Position numbers and translations under genes: made by a program
Virus record (IMG/VR): IMGVR_UViG_3300045988_003641
Coordinates: 25,067 to 89,066 of that record
DNA: 64,000 bases
Reading direction: 5' to 3' (one strand)
Origin: a virus
Lineage: Duplodnaviria > Heunggongvirae > Uroviricota > Caudoviricetes
Shown here: positions 49,786-59,648 of the stretch, one piece after another
Layout: the number at the start of each line of letters is the position of its first letter
How positions within the stretch are numbered: position 1 is the stretch's first letter
The notes under the pieces: generated by a model
What the model was told of the DNA's origin: nothing
What the model saw: only the letters and a program-made list of their open reading frames with translations
Databases searched by the model: none

Positions 49786-49986
49786 ATGTTTAAGATATCA
49801 AAAGCGTTGATATACATACTCCATATTCTAGTCTTCTTCTTTGGGGTTAGTGTTATGGTATGGGGTTTTTCAGACCCACAATGGAGTTTCTCATATCATG
49901 GTCAGATGGATTTATGGTCATGCTTCAAACCATTTTTAGGGTTAGTCATAGCATTCAGTGCATTACCAACTAAGGTGAAATTATGA
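49786..49986 (+). CDS. small membrane protein
   Basis: 66 aa, two hydrophobic segments. Confidence 0.25.
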   Translation: MFKISKALIYILHILVFFFGVSVMVWGFSDPQWSFSYHGQMDLWSCFKPFLGLVIAFSALPTKVKL

Positions 49987-50378
49987 TTAAGTTGAGCCAA
50001 AAACAGCTAGAGTGGATTAAAGATTATGCCTCAGAGTGTGGCTCTTGTGAAAAGAATCACGTAAGATACTCAACATTCCACACGGTCTTCACATTGTATA
50101 TCGGTGACAATGTTCTAAGTGATTCTGTAGAAGATGGTGTAGCATTGCCTAATGAATTGCTTGACAAATTAGCTGTAGTCACTGGAACTTGGTCTGAAGA
50201 AGATGGTCACGAACTATCTGATGATGTTGTCTTCTACAGTCTTGAAAACATCATGAATCCAGAGTACATTATGCTAATGACTTGCGCACAAGATTGTGTA
50301 CCATTACAAAACTTCATTAAAGAGCATTGTGAAGAGTTTATTACTAAACAGGTTCCTTGTCAGGTGGTGTTTGAATGA
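49983..50378 (+). CDS. hypothetical protein
   Basis: 131 aa. Confidence 0.3.
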   Translation: MIKLSQKQLEWIKDYASECGSCEKNHVRYSTFHTVFTLYIGDNVLSDSVEDGVALPNELLDKLAVVTGTWSEEDGHELSDDVVFYSLENIMNPEYIMLMTCAQDCVPLQNFIKEHCEEFITKQVPCQVVFE

Positions 50379-50674
50379 GTAAAACAATTCGAAGAAAAGG
50401 TTTGAAGAACGTTCATGGACTCTATGAGTGGAGAAATGAGGTACGTAACAGAGAAAATGCTTCAGATGTCTACTTCCATTCTGATATGATGTCCAGAAAA
50501 GGAGGCTCTTATGACTTTACAAGCCAGCCTTGTAGAGAGATTAAGAAGGCCACTAAACGTCTTACAAGAACACAAATAAGGCAGCTTTCTAAGACATCCT
50601 TCTTAGATGAAGACTTTGACATTGATAGCAAGTCTCCAAAGAAAGCTGCTAAGAACACTTATATGTATTGGTGA
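50375..50674 (+). CDS. hypothetical protein
   Basis: 99 aa. Confidence 0.3.
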   Translation: MSKTIRRKGLKNVHGLYEWRNEVRNRENASDVYFHSDMMSRKGGSYDFTSQPCREIKKATKRLTRTQIRQLSKTSFLDEDFDIDSKSPKKAAKNTYMYW

Positions 50675-50683
50675 GGTAACTAG

Positions 50684-51169
50684 ATGAATTACATGGAGAT
50701 TCGACCATTTGATACAGCTAATGGTGAAGGGGTTCGTGTAAGCCTCTTCGTAGCTGGTTGTAAGCATCACTGCGAAGGCTGCTTTAACAGGGAGTCTTGG
50801 AAGTTTAATGCTGGTAAAGAGTTTACTTATGCAAACCTTTATGGCATTCTAAGACTTTTGGAAGATGACTCTTTAAGTGGGCTGTCTATCCTCGGTGGAG
50901 AACCATTGGATGACCGTAACATTGGAGAAGTCACTAAGATTTGTCAGAAGGTTAAATCAATCTATCCAGAGAAATCTATCTGGCTCTGGACAGGTTTTCA
51001 GTTACATGAAAAAATTCACCTTGATGTGATGAAATATGTTGACGTGGTGATTGATGGTAAGTATGATTCATCTAAACCAACAGTTAAACCATATCGTGGT
51101 TCTAATAACCAAAACCTCTGGAGAAAAGAGTATGGGTGGCAAGGTGATTGTCAGTGGAGAGCAGAGTGA
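50684..51169 (+). CDS. nrdG: anaerobic RNR activating enzyme (radical SAM)
   Basis: 161 aa; CKHHCEGC = CxxxCxxC radical-SAM cluster motif; downstream of nrdD. Confidence 0.7.
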   Translation: MNYMEIRPFDTANGEGVRVSLFVAGCKHHCEGCFNRESWKFNAGKEFTYANLYGILRLLEDDSLSGLSILGGEPLDDRNIGEVTKICQKVKSIYPEKSIWLWTGFQLHEKIHLDVMKYVDVVIDGKYDSSKPTVKPYRGSNNQNLWRKEYGWQGDCQWRAE

Positions 51170-51249
51170 TTATTCTGGCAAATGGACTAAGGTATAACTC
51201 CAATTGGTATCACTGAAGAAGAACTTCATAAGTTCTGTATTAAACTTTA

Positions 51250-51534
51250 ATGAGAGAGAGACTAAAAATGGGAATTTTAGGTAATATGAAAGCTGGATTC
51301 TTGAAGGCACTGGAAAAAGCAGCAGCAATTGTTTCTATGACTGGAAAGCAGGTCGGTGTAGATGCTTCAGTGGTTGCACAGGTTCTTGCAAGCCAAATTG
51401 AACAGCAGCCTTACATCTACGTAGGCCGTGGTAAAGGTGGTAAGAAACAAGCCCACCGTCCGTCTGGTGCAGCAGCTATTAAACGAGCAGCTAAGAAAGC
51501 TCGTAACCGTAAACGTAATAAGAAGGCTAAATAA
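51250..51534 (+). CDS. hypothetical basic protein
   Basis: 94 aa; very basic C-terminus KRAAKKARNRKRNKKAK. Confidence 0.3.
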   Translation: MRERLKMGILGNMKAGFLKALEKAAAIVSMTGKQVGVDASVVAQVLASQIEQQPYIYVGRGKGGKKQAHRPSGAAAIKRAAKKARNRKRNKKAK

Positions 51535-51536
51535 TC

Positions 51537-51857
51537 ATGAGCAAAGTTTATAACACTCGCAAATTACAGATTTTCGTACTGTGCCAGTTTATGGCTAAAG
51601 AATACAACTTCTACTATTGTGGTACAGGTTTTATTAGTGATGATGATGGCTCATACCTCCCATTTAAAGAAGCTGTAAAGCTCTTTAATGAAGAGAAAAG
51701 CTCTAAGAAAGATATTGAAAAGGTTAAGCTAACCTACAGCAAGAAAGATAAGAAGATTATCTGCCTAGATAACTTTGTGAAAGTTACTGGAGAAGCAAAA
51801 GAGTTTATGGATGAGAGTGAGATTTCATTCACAAGCATCTTGAAAGTAGCTCAGTAA
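51537..51857 (+). CDS. hypothetical protein
   Basis: 106 aa. Confidence 0.3.
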   Translation: MSKVYNTRKLQIFVLCQFMAKEYNFYYCGTGFISDDDGSYLPFKEAVKLFNEEKSSKKDIEKVKLTYSKKDKKIICLDNFVKVTGEAKEFMDESEISFTSILKVAQ

Positions 51858-51908
51858 ACAGATACTATAAGGGGACTGTAAAGGTTCCCTTTTTATTTTG
51901 GAGATGAT

Positions 51909-52424
51909 ATGTATCTGTCAAACCTAAAACGTTCTGCTGCAATGTCAGTGCTAAGACTCAGCTTTGAGGAACGTCAAGAGTTCATTGACTCCCACCAATA
52001 CGACCCCTCAAACTCCAATCACATGATTCTCTGGAATCGTGAAAGTACTCGTGAAAGAGCACTATTCCGTTATTACCCACACTACACTATAGATAACCTG
52101 TATGAATTGTTTGTTGTGAAGAACACCATTACAGTGCTCAATAAACTTTGCAGATACACAGGTAGCCAATCCTTCACATTAGGTCACCACAAGCCTGTTA
52201 CAAAGGGTGGTGAGCATCACTGTGCAAACTGGTTTATCCAGACTAAGCTTGATAACCAGAAGCAAGGCGACAGTCTTCTAAGCATCCCTAAGATGACCTA
52301 CGAAGAGCAAGAGAAATATATCAAAAATAATATGCCAGATGTGCTTGACAACAACTATACAGATTTGGCAATATCTCTCCTGTTGAAGTTCGAGACAGTT
52401 TATAGGGCAACTTACAATGGCTAA
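51909..52424 (+). CDS. HNH endonuclease-like protein
   Basis: 171 aa; GHHKPVTKGGEHHCANW...N...K resembles HNH motif. Confidence 0.4.
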   Translation: MYLSNLKRSAAMSVLRLSFEERQEFIDSHQYDPSNSNHMILWNRESTRERALFRYYPHYTIDNLYELFVVKNTITVLNKLCRYTGSQSFTLGHHKPVTKGGEHHCANWFIQTKLDNQKQGDSLLSIPKMTYEEQEKYIKNNMPDVLDNNYTDLAISLLLKFETVYRATYNG

Positions 52425-52695
52425 AGAGAAGTGGGAAATTTTACCATTAGTCAGTGAAGGTGGTAATGGTTGTGAAATGTACATGATACGTGGTCATGTT
52501 CCAGAACCAATTGCACTTGAGATGGTAAACAACTTTACAGATGGTTCTTACAAAGACTTAGGAGAGCCAACTATAAAGCATCAATGGGTAAAACCTGTAC
52601 CAGACAGCACAGGTAACTGTAGTGTACTTTACCACGTTGTAGACCCTGTAAAATGCAAATCTGCAATGGCAGTAACAAACGTAACCTTTGATTGA
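52417..52695 (+). CDS. hypothetical protein
   Basis: 92 aa. Confidence 0.3.
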   Translation: MAKEKWEILPLVSEGGNGCEMYMIRGHVPEPIALEMVNNFTDGSYKDLGEPTIKHQWVKPVPDSTGNCSVLYHVVDPVKCKSAMAVTNVTFD

Positions 52696-53588
52696 GAGAC
52701 AAAACTATGAAAACATCTATCCGTGTTACAGTTCATTCACCAACTAAAGGGACTCACGAAGAAGAGTTTAACATCGTCCAATTTCCTTCTGGTGAGATTG
52801 GTGGACATTTTTCACCAGAGTTTGTTGATTTTACTGCTTATGCTGCATCATCCATCAACAACGTGATTATGATTATAAAGGGTTATGACAAAGACACATT
52901 ATTTGCTGTGGCACTTGCTAAAGAGGTAATTGATGATTTAGTACCTCATAAGTTTGCTATGAAGACTGCTATCTTTTACTATTTGCCAAATGCACGTTAC
53001 GACCGTCACATGTTTAAAGGTGATGCAGCAGCTTTGAAAGTGTTTGCACAACAGGTTAATGCAATGGGTTTTGATGCAGTCTGTGCAGTTGACCCTCATA
53101 GTTACGTTCCAGATAACCTTTTCAATTGCTTCCAGAGTATTCCTCAAAAGGAGATTGCAGTCCATTACGCAAATGACCCTCTGATTGATTACTTAGTAGC
53201 CCCAGATGCAGGTGCTTCTAAGAAGATTGCAGAGACTGCTAAAGAGGTGGATAAACCATATATCACAATGTCTAAGGTGCGAAATCTTAAGACTGGAGAA
53301 ATCACTGGTATGCGAATCCTTGACGATGTTGATTTGACCGATAAAACCGTCATGATTCTTGATGATATCTGTGATGGTGGTCGAACCTTCGTAGAGGCAG
53401 CTAAACACCTACGTGAAGCAGGTGCAAAACGTGTAGAGCTTTATGTAACACATGGTATCTTCTCTAAAGATGTTGAAAACCTTCTTGACAATGGTATCGA
53501 CCATATTTACACTACAAACTCTTTAGGCGAAGCTAAAGACCGTGGCTTAACACATTACAGTCAAGTTACTGTAGCAAACCTTGATTGA
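52692..53588 (+). CDS. ribose-phosphate pyrophosphokinase family protein (Prs-like; possibly ADP-ribose pyrophosphokinase)
   Basis: 298 aa; type I PRTase PRPP-binding loop VMILDDICDGGRT; directly upstream of NAMPT-like gene. Confidence 0.6.
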   Translation: MRDKTMKTSIRVTVHSPTKGTHEEEFNIVQFPSGEIGGHFSPEFVDFTAYAASSINNVIMIIKGYDKDTLFAVALAKEVIDDLVPHKFAMKTAIFYYLPNARYDRHMFKGDAAALKVFAQQVNAMGFDAVCAVDPHSYVPDNLFNCFQSIPQKEIAVHYANDPLIDYLVAPDAGASKKIAETAKEVDKPYITMSKVRNLKTGEITGMRILDDVDLTDKTVMILDDICDGGRTFVEAAKHLREAGAKRVELYVTHGIFSKDVENLLDNGIDHIYTTNSLGEAKDRGLTHYSQVTVANLD

Positions 53589-53635
53589 AACTTTATATGG
53601 GCTTGAAAGACCCATTTTGAGAGAGAGATTAAAAG

Positions 53636-55417
53636 ATGACTAAATCACTTTATGCAGTACCAGCAGGTTTAAACGCGGATGCTTACAAGTCTGGCCATGT
53701 TTACCAGTACCCTAGTGCAACAGAATACTTGATGTTCAACCTGACACCACGTAGTGACAAATGGTTTAACAGCCCTTTAGCAATTGACGGTGTAGTGGCT
53801 TTTGGTATTCAACGTTTTGTTAAAGATTACTTGATAGACCACTGGAACGCCACTTTCTTTGAACGTGATAAAAAAGAAGCAATTGACGAAATCTTAGAAG
53901 TCATGAATGGTGTTCTGGGTAAAGATGCTATCGGTCGAGAGCATTGGGAAGCACTTCACGACTTAGGTTATCTACCAGTTGAAGTATACGCGGTAGAAGA
54001 AGGTACAGTTGTCCCTATGCGTGTCCCAATGATTGTCTTCCAGAACACTGTTTCAGGTTTCCATTGGGTAGCAGGTTATCTGGAAGATGCTTTCTCTGCT
54101 GAGATTTGGAAGGCTTGCACTATTGCAACTATTGCATTGCATTACAAACGCATCTGTAAGAAGTGGGCTGACCTTACTTGTGACAACGACTTACATCTGC
54201 CCTATCAGTGCCATGACTTTGCTATGCGTGGTATGTCCGGCTTTACTGATGACGCATTTAACGCTGTAGGTCACTTAACCAGCTTTAAAGGAACCGATAG
54301 CTTCCCTGCTGTATACACGGCTAAACGCATCTATGGACAGTCTTACCCAATCTCTGATATTGGTAGTTCTGTACCAGCCACTGAACACTCTGTAATGTGT
54401 GCAAACATTGCTTGGGAAGGTGGTAATGAATTGATTGAAGAAGAAAGACGCTTTAAAGGTGAGTTACAAACCTTCCGTCGTTTCTTAACAGAAACTTACC
54501 CAACTGGTATTGCAAGTATTGTTTCAGATACTTATAACTTCTGGAGAACTGTGTCAGAAATCTTACCAGCACTCCGTAAAGAAATTATGGAACGTGATGG
54601 TAAACTGGTAATTCGCCCTGACTCTGGAGACCCTGTACATATTGTCACAGGTTATAAAGCAATCCACTTAGAGTGTGCTAAAAAGGCTTATTACGAGCAC
54701 CTAAGCAAGCTTGAAGCCAGCGACACAATGTTGAATGCTGTTCTGAACATGAAGCTTGAAAACATCAACTATGGTATTGCTGGATGGCTACTGTCAGAAG
54801 GCTACGAAATGGTTGTTGACAGAGAAGACTTTGAAGTAGCCGATACAGTGTTGCTGAAAGATGCTTACATCAACGGCTCTGCAAACGTTGTAACACGTCC
54901 TGTAGCGGAGATTGATGGAGCTATTAAGACACTGTACAACATCTTTGGGGGAACTATTAACTCTAAAGGGTTTAAGGTACTGGATGAGCACATTGGCCTT
55001 ATCTATGGCGACTCTATCACGCTGGAACGTGCAAACGAAATCCTGAAGCGTCTGTATGAAATGGGTTTTGCAAGCTCTAACGTAGTGTTTGGTGTAGGCT
55101 CTTACACTTACCAGTACATGACTCGTGACACCTTTGCATTTGCTGTTAAAGCAACTCTTGCAAGCATTGGTGGTAAAGAGATTATGCTTGCAAAAGACCC
55201 TAAAACAGATAGTGGTGTTAAGAAGTCTGCTTTTGGTGGTGTAGTACCTATGTGGAATGGTGATAAGTTGAAAGCTGTAGATGGCTATGGATTCCAGAGC
55301 TTTGCAGATGTACTTGAACATCCAGCTTGTGCTCTACGTTTAGTCTTTAGTGACTCTGAGCAGTATGGTTACACATCTCTTGGTGATATTCGAAATAATA
55401 TTGACAAGCAGCTTTAA
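53636..55417 (+). CDS. nicotinamide phosphoribosyltransferase family protein (NAMPT-like)
   Basis: 593 aa; GTDSFPA and PATEHS motifs resemble NAMPT signatures. Confidence 0.65.
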   Translation: MTKSLYAVPAGLNADAYKSGHVYQYPSATEYLMFNLTPRSDKWFNSPLAIDGVVAFGIQRFVKDYLIDHWNATFFERDKKEAIDEILEVMNGVLGKDAIGREHWEALHDLGYLPVEVYAVEEGTVVPMRVPMIVFQNTVSGFHWVAGYLEDAFSAEIWKACTIATIALHYKRICKKWADLTCDNDLHLPYQCHDFAMRGMSGFTDDAFNAVGHLTSFKGTDSFPAVYTAKRIYGQSYPISDIGSSVPATEHSVMCANIAWEGGNELIEEERRFKGELQTFRRFLTETYPTGIASIVSDTYNFWRTVSEILPALRKEIMERDGKLVIRPDSGDPVHIVTGYKAIHLECAKKAYYEHLSKLEASDTMLNAVLNMKLENINYGIAGWLLSEGYEMVVDREDFEVADTVLLKDAYINGSANVVTRPVAEIDGAIKTLYNIFGGTINSKGFKVLDEHIGLIYGDSITLERANEILKRLYEMGFASSNVVFGVGSYTYQYMTRDTFAFAVKATLASIGGKEIMLAKDPKTDSGVKKSAFGGVVPMWNGDKLKAVDGYGFQSFADVLEHPACALRLVFSDSEQYGYTSLGDIRNNIDKQL

Positions 55418-55432
55418 AAGTATATGATAAAA

Positions 55433-55453
55433 GGCTCCCGTAGGAGCCTTTTT
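55433..55453 (+). terminator. rho-independent terminator
   Basis: GGCTCC-CGTA-GGAGCC then TTTTT. Confidence 0.6.
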
Positions 55454-55470
55454 AATTTCTGGAGAAGACT

Positions 55471-55806
55471 ATGAAAATCAAAGAAATGAACATCAACATT
55501 GTCTTAGAAGAACGTTGGGAGAACATCAAGAAGCATGAAGATGGTCATAAGTTCCTTAACAAAATTTTAGTAGCAGCTAAAGAAGAACTGGCTGGCAAGG
55601 TTGCAGCAGCAATCACAATAAAGGTTTGTGTAAAAGGTCTTCCACAACATCACCAATTTGCACTTGACGAGTTTAAAGAAAGCTTCTACAATCCAAACAA
55701 ACAGATGCTTGAAAGTAACTTTGCAGTATCTACAAGTATCGTTCATGACAGAAGCTTTATCCTTTACAAGAATATGAGAGGTGAGTCATGCAAGCATATT
55801 GGATAG
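55471..55806 (+). CDS. hypothetical protein
   Basis: 111 aa. Confidence 0.3.
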   Translation: MKIKEMNINIVLEERWENIKKHEDGHKFLNKILVAAKEELAGKVAAAITIKVCVKGLPQHHQFALDEFKESFYNPNKQMLESNFAVSTSIVHDRSFILYKNMRGESCKHIG

Positions 55807-55964
55807 AAATTTTACTGTCACTTGGTAGTGTAGCAGTATTTGTTTACCTCCTTTGTAAGTACTTTGCAGAGCACAAAAAATGTGACTACTGTAATGGAGA
55901 GGGGTACATAAGGGCAGGATGTTGTCCTATGTGTGGTGGTTCTGGTAAAATGTTTAATAAGTAA
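55788..55964 (+). CDS. small membrane-anchored zinc-finger protein (58 aa), not in ORF track
   Basis: ATG preceded by GAGAGGTGA; N-terminal hydrophobic helix then two CxxCxGxG motifs (CDYCNGEG, CPMCGGSG). Confidence 0.35.
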   Translation: MQAYWIEILLSLGSVAVFVYLLCKYFAEHKKCDYCNGEGYIRAGCCPMCGGSGKMFNK

Positions 55965-55992
55965 TTTAACAGTAAACTGAGAGGAAAGTATT

Positions 55993-58359
55993 ATGCGCAT
56001 GGTAAATGACCACGCAGAAGTGATTAAGAGTTCAACTTCTTTAGAGACGTCTCAAGCACAGATTACAATGACACCTGAGATGTTCAGCCTTTTGAGTTCT
56101 GGTGTATATACCTTTAAAGAAAGGGCAGTGATTCGTGAACTGTCATGTAACGCAGTAGATGCTCAGAAAGAAGCTGGAAAAGAGAACATCCCATTCCATG
56201 TGCATTTACCTACTCGTTTTGAGCCTTACTTCGAAGTTCGTGATTTTGGAACTGGATTGACTCATGATAAAGTTATGAGTTTGTACCTAAACTATGGAGC
56301 TTCTACGAAGAATGACTCTAATGACTACATTGGTGCAATGGGTATCGGCTCAAAGTCACCATTTGCAATTGCTCAGTCATTCACAGTATCTAGTTATGTT
56401 GACGGTGTTGTTAATAAGTACTCTGTTTATCTTGAGAATGGTATCCCTCAAGTAACTAAGCTGACAACTAACCAAACAAAAGAACCTAATGGTTTAGCTG
56501 TACGTGTGGCAGTTGCTGACCACCGTATCTCAAAGTTCTTTGAAGAAGCTGGGAATGTGTACTCATACTTCACTGTAAAACCAGAAAGTAATATTGAGTA
56601 CGACGATGTATTAGCAGATATGAACGTAATTGCCCGTGAAGAAGGTGTTTATGATGCCATGATTCATAAGCACAGCTGGCGTTCTAGTGATAACAGGACA
56701 GAGTTTAATGTGGTGATGGGTAACATTGCCTATCCAGTGAACATGGAAGCGTTACTTGGTGATGATTTCTTCAAAGTCTTGCCAGAGTTTTTCCGTAGGA
56801 GCGTAGACCTTGTAAACATCTACATGCCTATTGGTTCAGTTGCTATTGCAGCTTCTCGTGAAGCATTGCAGATGAATGACACGACAAAAAATGTTATCAT
56901 TGAGGCTACTAAAAAGATAACTGAAGCAATTACAAAGGATGTTATCAAGAAAGTTAATAGCCAACCTACACTCATGGATGCTGCACAGGCTTATGCTGAG
57001 TTACGTTTGAACTCACGAGAGATGTTTAATGCTGTGTGTCCAAAGCTAGAGTGGGGTGGCGTTAAGCTTGATTCTCTGGAAGAAGAATTGCTAAACATTC
57101 GTCGTGGAATTATCTACGCAGAAGACGGCTCAGTCATTTATGAACGTGATGGTAAAGGCAATATTAAGGTTGATAGGAACGGGAACAATATACCTAAAGT
57201 AGATTATCTTTATGACCCAGTTGCTTATGTCAAGTTCAACTCTTTAGAGAGTAAGATTCGTGCAACATCGCTTTCCTACACTCAAGAGGCAAGTATGTTC
57301 AATATCTTTGGTGCAATGCGTAAAAGCCAAATTGAACAGTTTTTGTTCGTGATTAATGACCGTCGCAATAAAAATGGTACTGAGAAGACTGTAGGCCGCA
57401 ATCAGATTCTGCGTGGTGCATGTCGAGACTACGCCAGTGAGTCAAGTCTGTTTCACAGATACAATGGTATTGTGTTTGTATTCTCGACTGAAAAAGAGTT
57501 AGACGACCTAATCAATCTACACAAACTTGATAAAAGCTTGTTAAAGATTGTGAAAATGTCTGATAAGGAGCACCATTACCAGCGCAAAGAAGCTGTAAGG
57601 GGTGTTGTAAAACTCTGGAAAGCTGTTCCAGCAGAAGGTGTAGCTTCCTATAAAGAGGTTTCAGAGGACTTAGACACAATTGAAGAACCTCAGCTTTACA
57701 TTAAGGCAATTGGTGACACAGTTGATGGTGAATGTTTTTGCTCATCCCCAGAAGATGTAGCTAAGTCAGTTGCTAATGTTATTGGAAAGACAGTCTATGT
57801 TTTCCGAAAAGCAAATTGGAAAAAGATACCAGAAGACTGGATTGAAGTAGATGAGAAGCTCTTGAACGACAGCTTAACTGATGTTCATTGGATTAATCAT
57901 AACAGGTATACGACACGCATCTACATGAATGGTGTTCTTGACCTTACAAGTAGCTGGATTATTGCCAGAAACTTTACGTTCAATAACAGGAAGATTTCTC
58001 GTGGCTATTGCTATTCACGGGATACAAACAAAACTATCTTCCTAGAAGGTAATGAAGAGGCTGTAGAGGCAATGTTTGGTAAAATCCAGTATGTTGCTGC
58101 ACCATTTGCATACACTTACACTATTAGTGTGTTGAAAACTTTGAAAGATTGTCTTGACAACGATACAAAGCTTTACAAGAAAATTAAGAAAGCTGGTGAC
58201 CGTATGGTTATTAAGGTGACAAACTACCTTTCAAAAAGAAAACAAGAAAACTTCTTGCTTTCTCATTTAGATTGGAATAAAGTGTCACCCATCGAAGTGA
58301 GTAAGTTCTTAGGTTTTGATGTGAAGTGTGTTCCAGAAGGAACTACAGTTTACGATTAA
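55993..58359 (+). CDS. rIIA: rIIA-like protein
   Basis: 788 aa; N-terminal GHKL ATPase-like motifs (RELSCNAVDA, RDFGTGL, GAMGIGSKSPF) closely resemble T4 RIIA N-terminus. Confidence 0.8.
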   Translation: MRMVNDHAEVIKSSTSLETSQAQITMTPEMFSLLSSGVYTFKERAVIRELSCNAVDAQKEAGKENIPFHVHLPTRFEPYFEVRDFGTGLTHDKVMSLYLNYGASTKNDSNDYIGAMGIGSKSPFAIAQSFTVSSYVDGVVNKYSVYLENGIPQVTKLTTNQTKEPNGLAVRVAVADHRISKFFEEAGNVYSYFTVKPESNIEYDDVLADMNVIAREEGVYDAMIHKHSWRSSDNRTEFNVVMGNIAYPVNMEALLGDDFFKVLPEFFRRSVDLVNIYMPIGSVAIAASREALQMNDTTKNVIIEATKKITEAITKDVIKKVNSQPTLMDAAQAYAELRLNSREMFNAVCPKLEWGGVKLDSLEEELLNIRRGIIYAEDGSVIYERDGKGNIKVDRNGNNIPKVDYLYDPVAYVKFNSLESKIRATSLSYTQEASMFNIFGAMRKSQIEQFLFVINDRRNKNGTEKTVGRNQILRGACRDYASESSLFHRYNGIVFVFSTEKELDDLINLHKLDKSLLKIVKMSDKEHHYQRKEAVRGVVKLWKAVPAEGVASYKEVSEDLDTIEEPQLYIKAIGDTVDGECFCSSPEDVAKSVANVIGKTVYVFRKANWKKIPEDWIEVDEKLLNDSLTDVHWINHNRYTTRIYMNGVLDLTSSWIIARNFTFNNRKISRGYCYSRDTNKTIFLEGNEEAVEAMFGKIQYVAAPFAYTYTISVLKTLKDCLDNDTKLYKKIKKAGDRMVIKVTNYLSKRKQENFLLSHLDWNKVSPIEVSKFLGFDVKCVPEGTTVYD

Positions 58360-58364
58360 AGTGT

Positions 58365-58394
58365 TTGACAAGGGGCTTCAAAGCCCCTTAGAAT
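58365..58394 (+). promoter_or_regulatory. sigma70-like promoter with hairpin in spacer
   Basis: TTGACA-N18-TAGAAT; spacer holds palindrome AGGGGCTT-CAA-AGCCCCT. Confidence 0.5.
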
Positions 58395-58438
58395 ATCCTC
58401 ACAAAATGATTTATTAACTAACAAGAGAGAGTAATAAG

Positions 58439-59548
58439 ATGACTACTAAAACTAAAGCACAGATTGACGCAGAAATTTACAAACTGGTTAAAGAAGGTAA
58501 GCTGACTAAAACAGCTATTGCACAGAAATTTAATACTTCAACCCGTTCAGTCGGTCGTGCTGTAGAGCGTCATGAAGCAACATTAAAAGGGAATAAGAAG
58601 GTAACTTCTACACCAGCTACGAAGACTTTGAAGCAAGTTGCTAAGACCTTTAAAAAGAAAGCTGACAAACCAGTTGAAAAGGTTGTTAAAGATTCTGTAC
58701 AGAAAGCTCCAGTAAATAAACTGCACGAAGCTATGCAGAAAGATGACAAGATTGAGTACATGATTACTGGCGACTCTGTAATTATGACTTACGGTTCAGA
58801 ATCTGAAATTGTTGAGTCTACTCATCCGAACTATCAAGAGATTGTAGTTCATGTTGTGAAAGGTGAGTTCAAGAAAGCCTTTGAACTGATGAACATTCGT
58901 AAGTCTATCGAAAACTTCACGCAGGGAGCTATCACAATCAAAGGTGATAAGCTATTCTACGGTGCTGTTGAGATGCGTTCTACTCTGGTTGACCGTATCC
59001 TTCACATGATGAAGACTGGTGATAAAGGTTTTGAACGACTTGTAATGTTCTTCGAAAAACTGATGGAAAACCCATCTAAAGATTCTGTAGAACAACTTTG
59101 GGGATTCATATCTCACCTTGATGTTGAAATTGATGAAGAAGGCTACATCATTGGTTGGAAGAAAGTCTCTACTCGTGAAGGCAAGCTGGTTGACTCCCGC
59201 ACCTGCAAAGTACCTAATGATTTGGGTAACATTGTAGAAATGCCACGTTGGATGGTTGATAATAACCGTAACGTGACTTGCTCTCAAGGTCTTCACGTTG
59301 GTGCTTGGGATTATGTTCGTTACTTCTCAGGTGATACAATTCTGAAGGTTCGTGTCCATCCACGAGACGTTGTATCCGTACCAACTGATTACAACGATAT
59401 GAAGATGCGCTCGTCTCGTTATGAAGTTGCAGCAATCGTTGATAATCAACGTAAAGTACTGAAAGCATGGGATGGCAAGACTGAAGCTTTGCATGTCATC
59501 GTTGGCACTGCTGGTGAACTTATCTCTGAGCGTAAACGTGAAATCTAA
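58439..59548 (+). CDS. rIIB: rIIB-like protein
   Basis: 369 aa; C-terminal KVRVHPRDVVSVPTDYNDMKMRSSRYEV strongly resembles T4 RIIB; adjacent to rIIA. Confidence 0.8.
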   Translation: MTTKTKAQIDAEIYKLVKEGKLTKTAIAQKFNTSTRSVGRAVERHEATLKGNKKVTSTPATKTLKQVAKTFKKKADKPVEKVVKDSVQKAPVNKLHEAMQKDDKIEYMITGDSVIMTYGSESEIVESTHPNYQEIVVHVVKGEFKKAFELMNIRKSIENFTQGAITIKGDKLFYGAVEMRSTLVDRILHMMKTGDKGFERLVMFFEKLMENPSKDSVEQLWGFISHLDVEIDEEGYIIGWKKVSTREGKLVDSRTCKVPNDLGNIVEMPRWMVDNNRNVTCSQGLHVGAWDYVRYFSGDTILKVRVHPRDVVSVPTDYNDMKMRSSRYEVAAIVDNQRKVLKAWDGKTEALHVIVGTAGELISERKREI

Positions 59549-59564
59549 TAAGTAATTTCTTAAA

Positions 59565-59587
59565 AGGCTGCTTCGGCGGCCTTTTTT
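59565..59587 (+). terminator. rho-independent terminator (TTCG tetraloop)
   Basis: AGGCTGC-TTCG-GCGGCCT then TTTTTT. Confidence 0.6.
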
Positions 59588-59589
59588 AT

Positions 59590-59617
59590 TTGTATTTTGT
59601 GCAGAGTGCTGTATAAT
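59590..59617 (+). promoter_or_regulatory. putative promoter upstream of lysis genes
   Basis: perfect -10 TATAAT (59612-59617), weak -35 TTGTAT 16 bp upstream. Confidence 0.4.
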
Positions 59618-59648
59618 TGTTGTCACGATAAACTAAACAGGAGAACCA

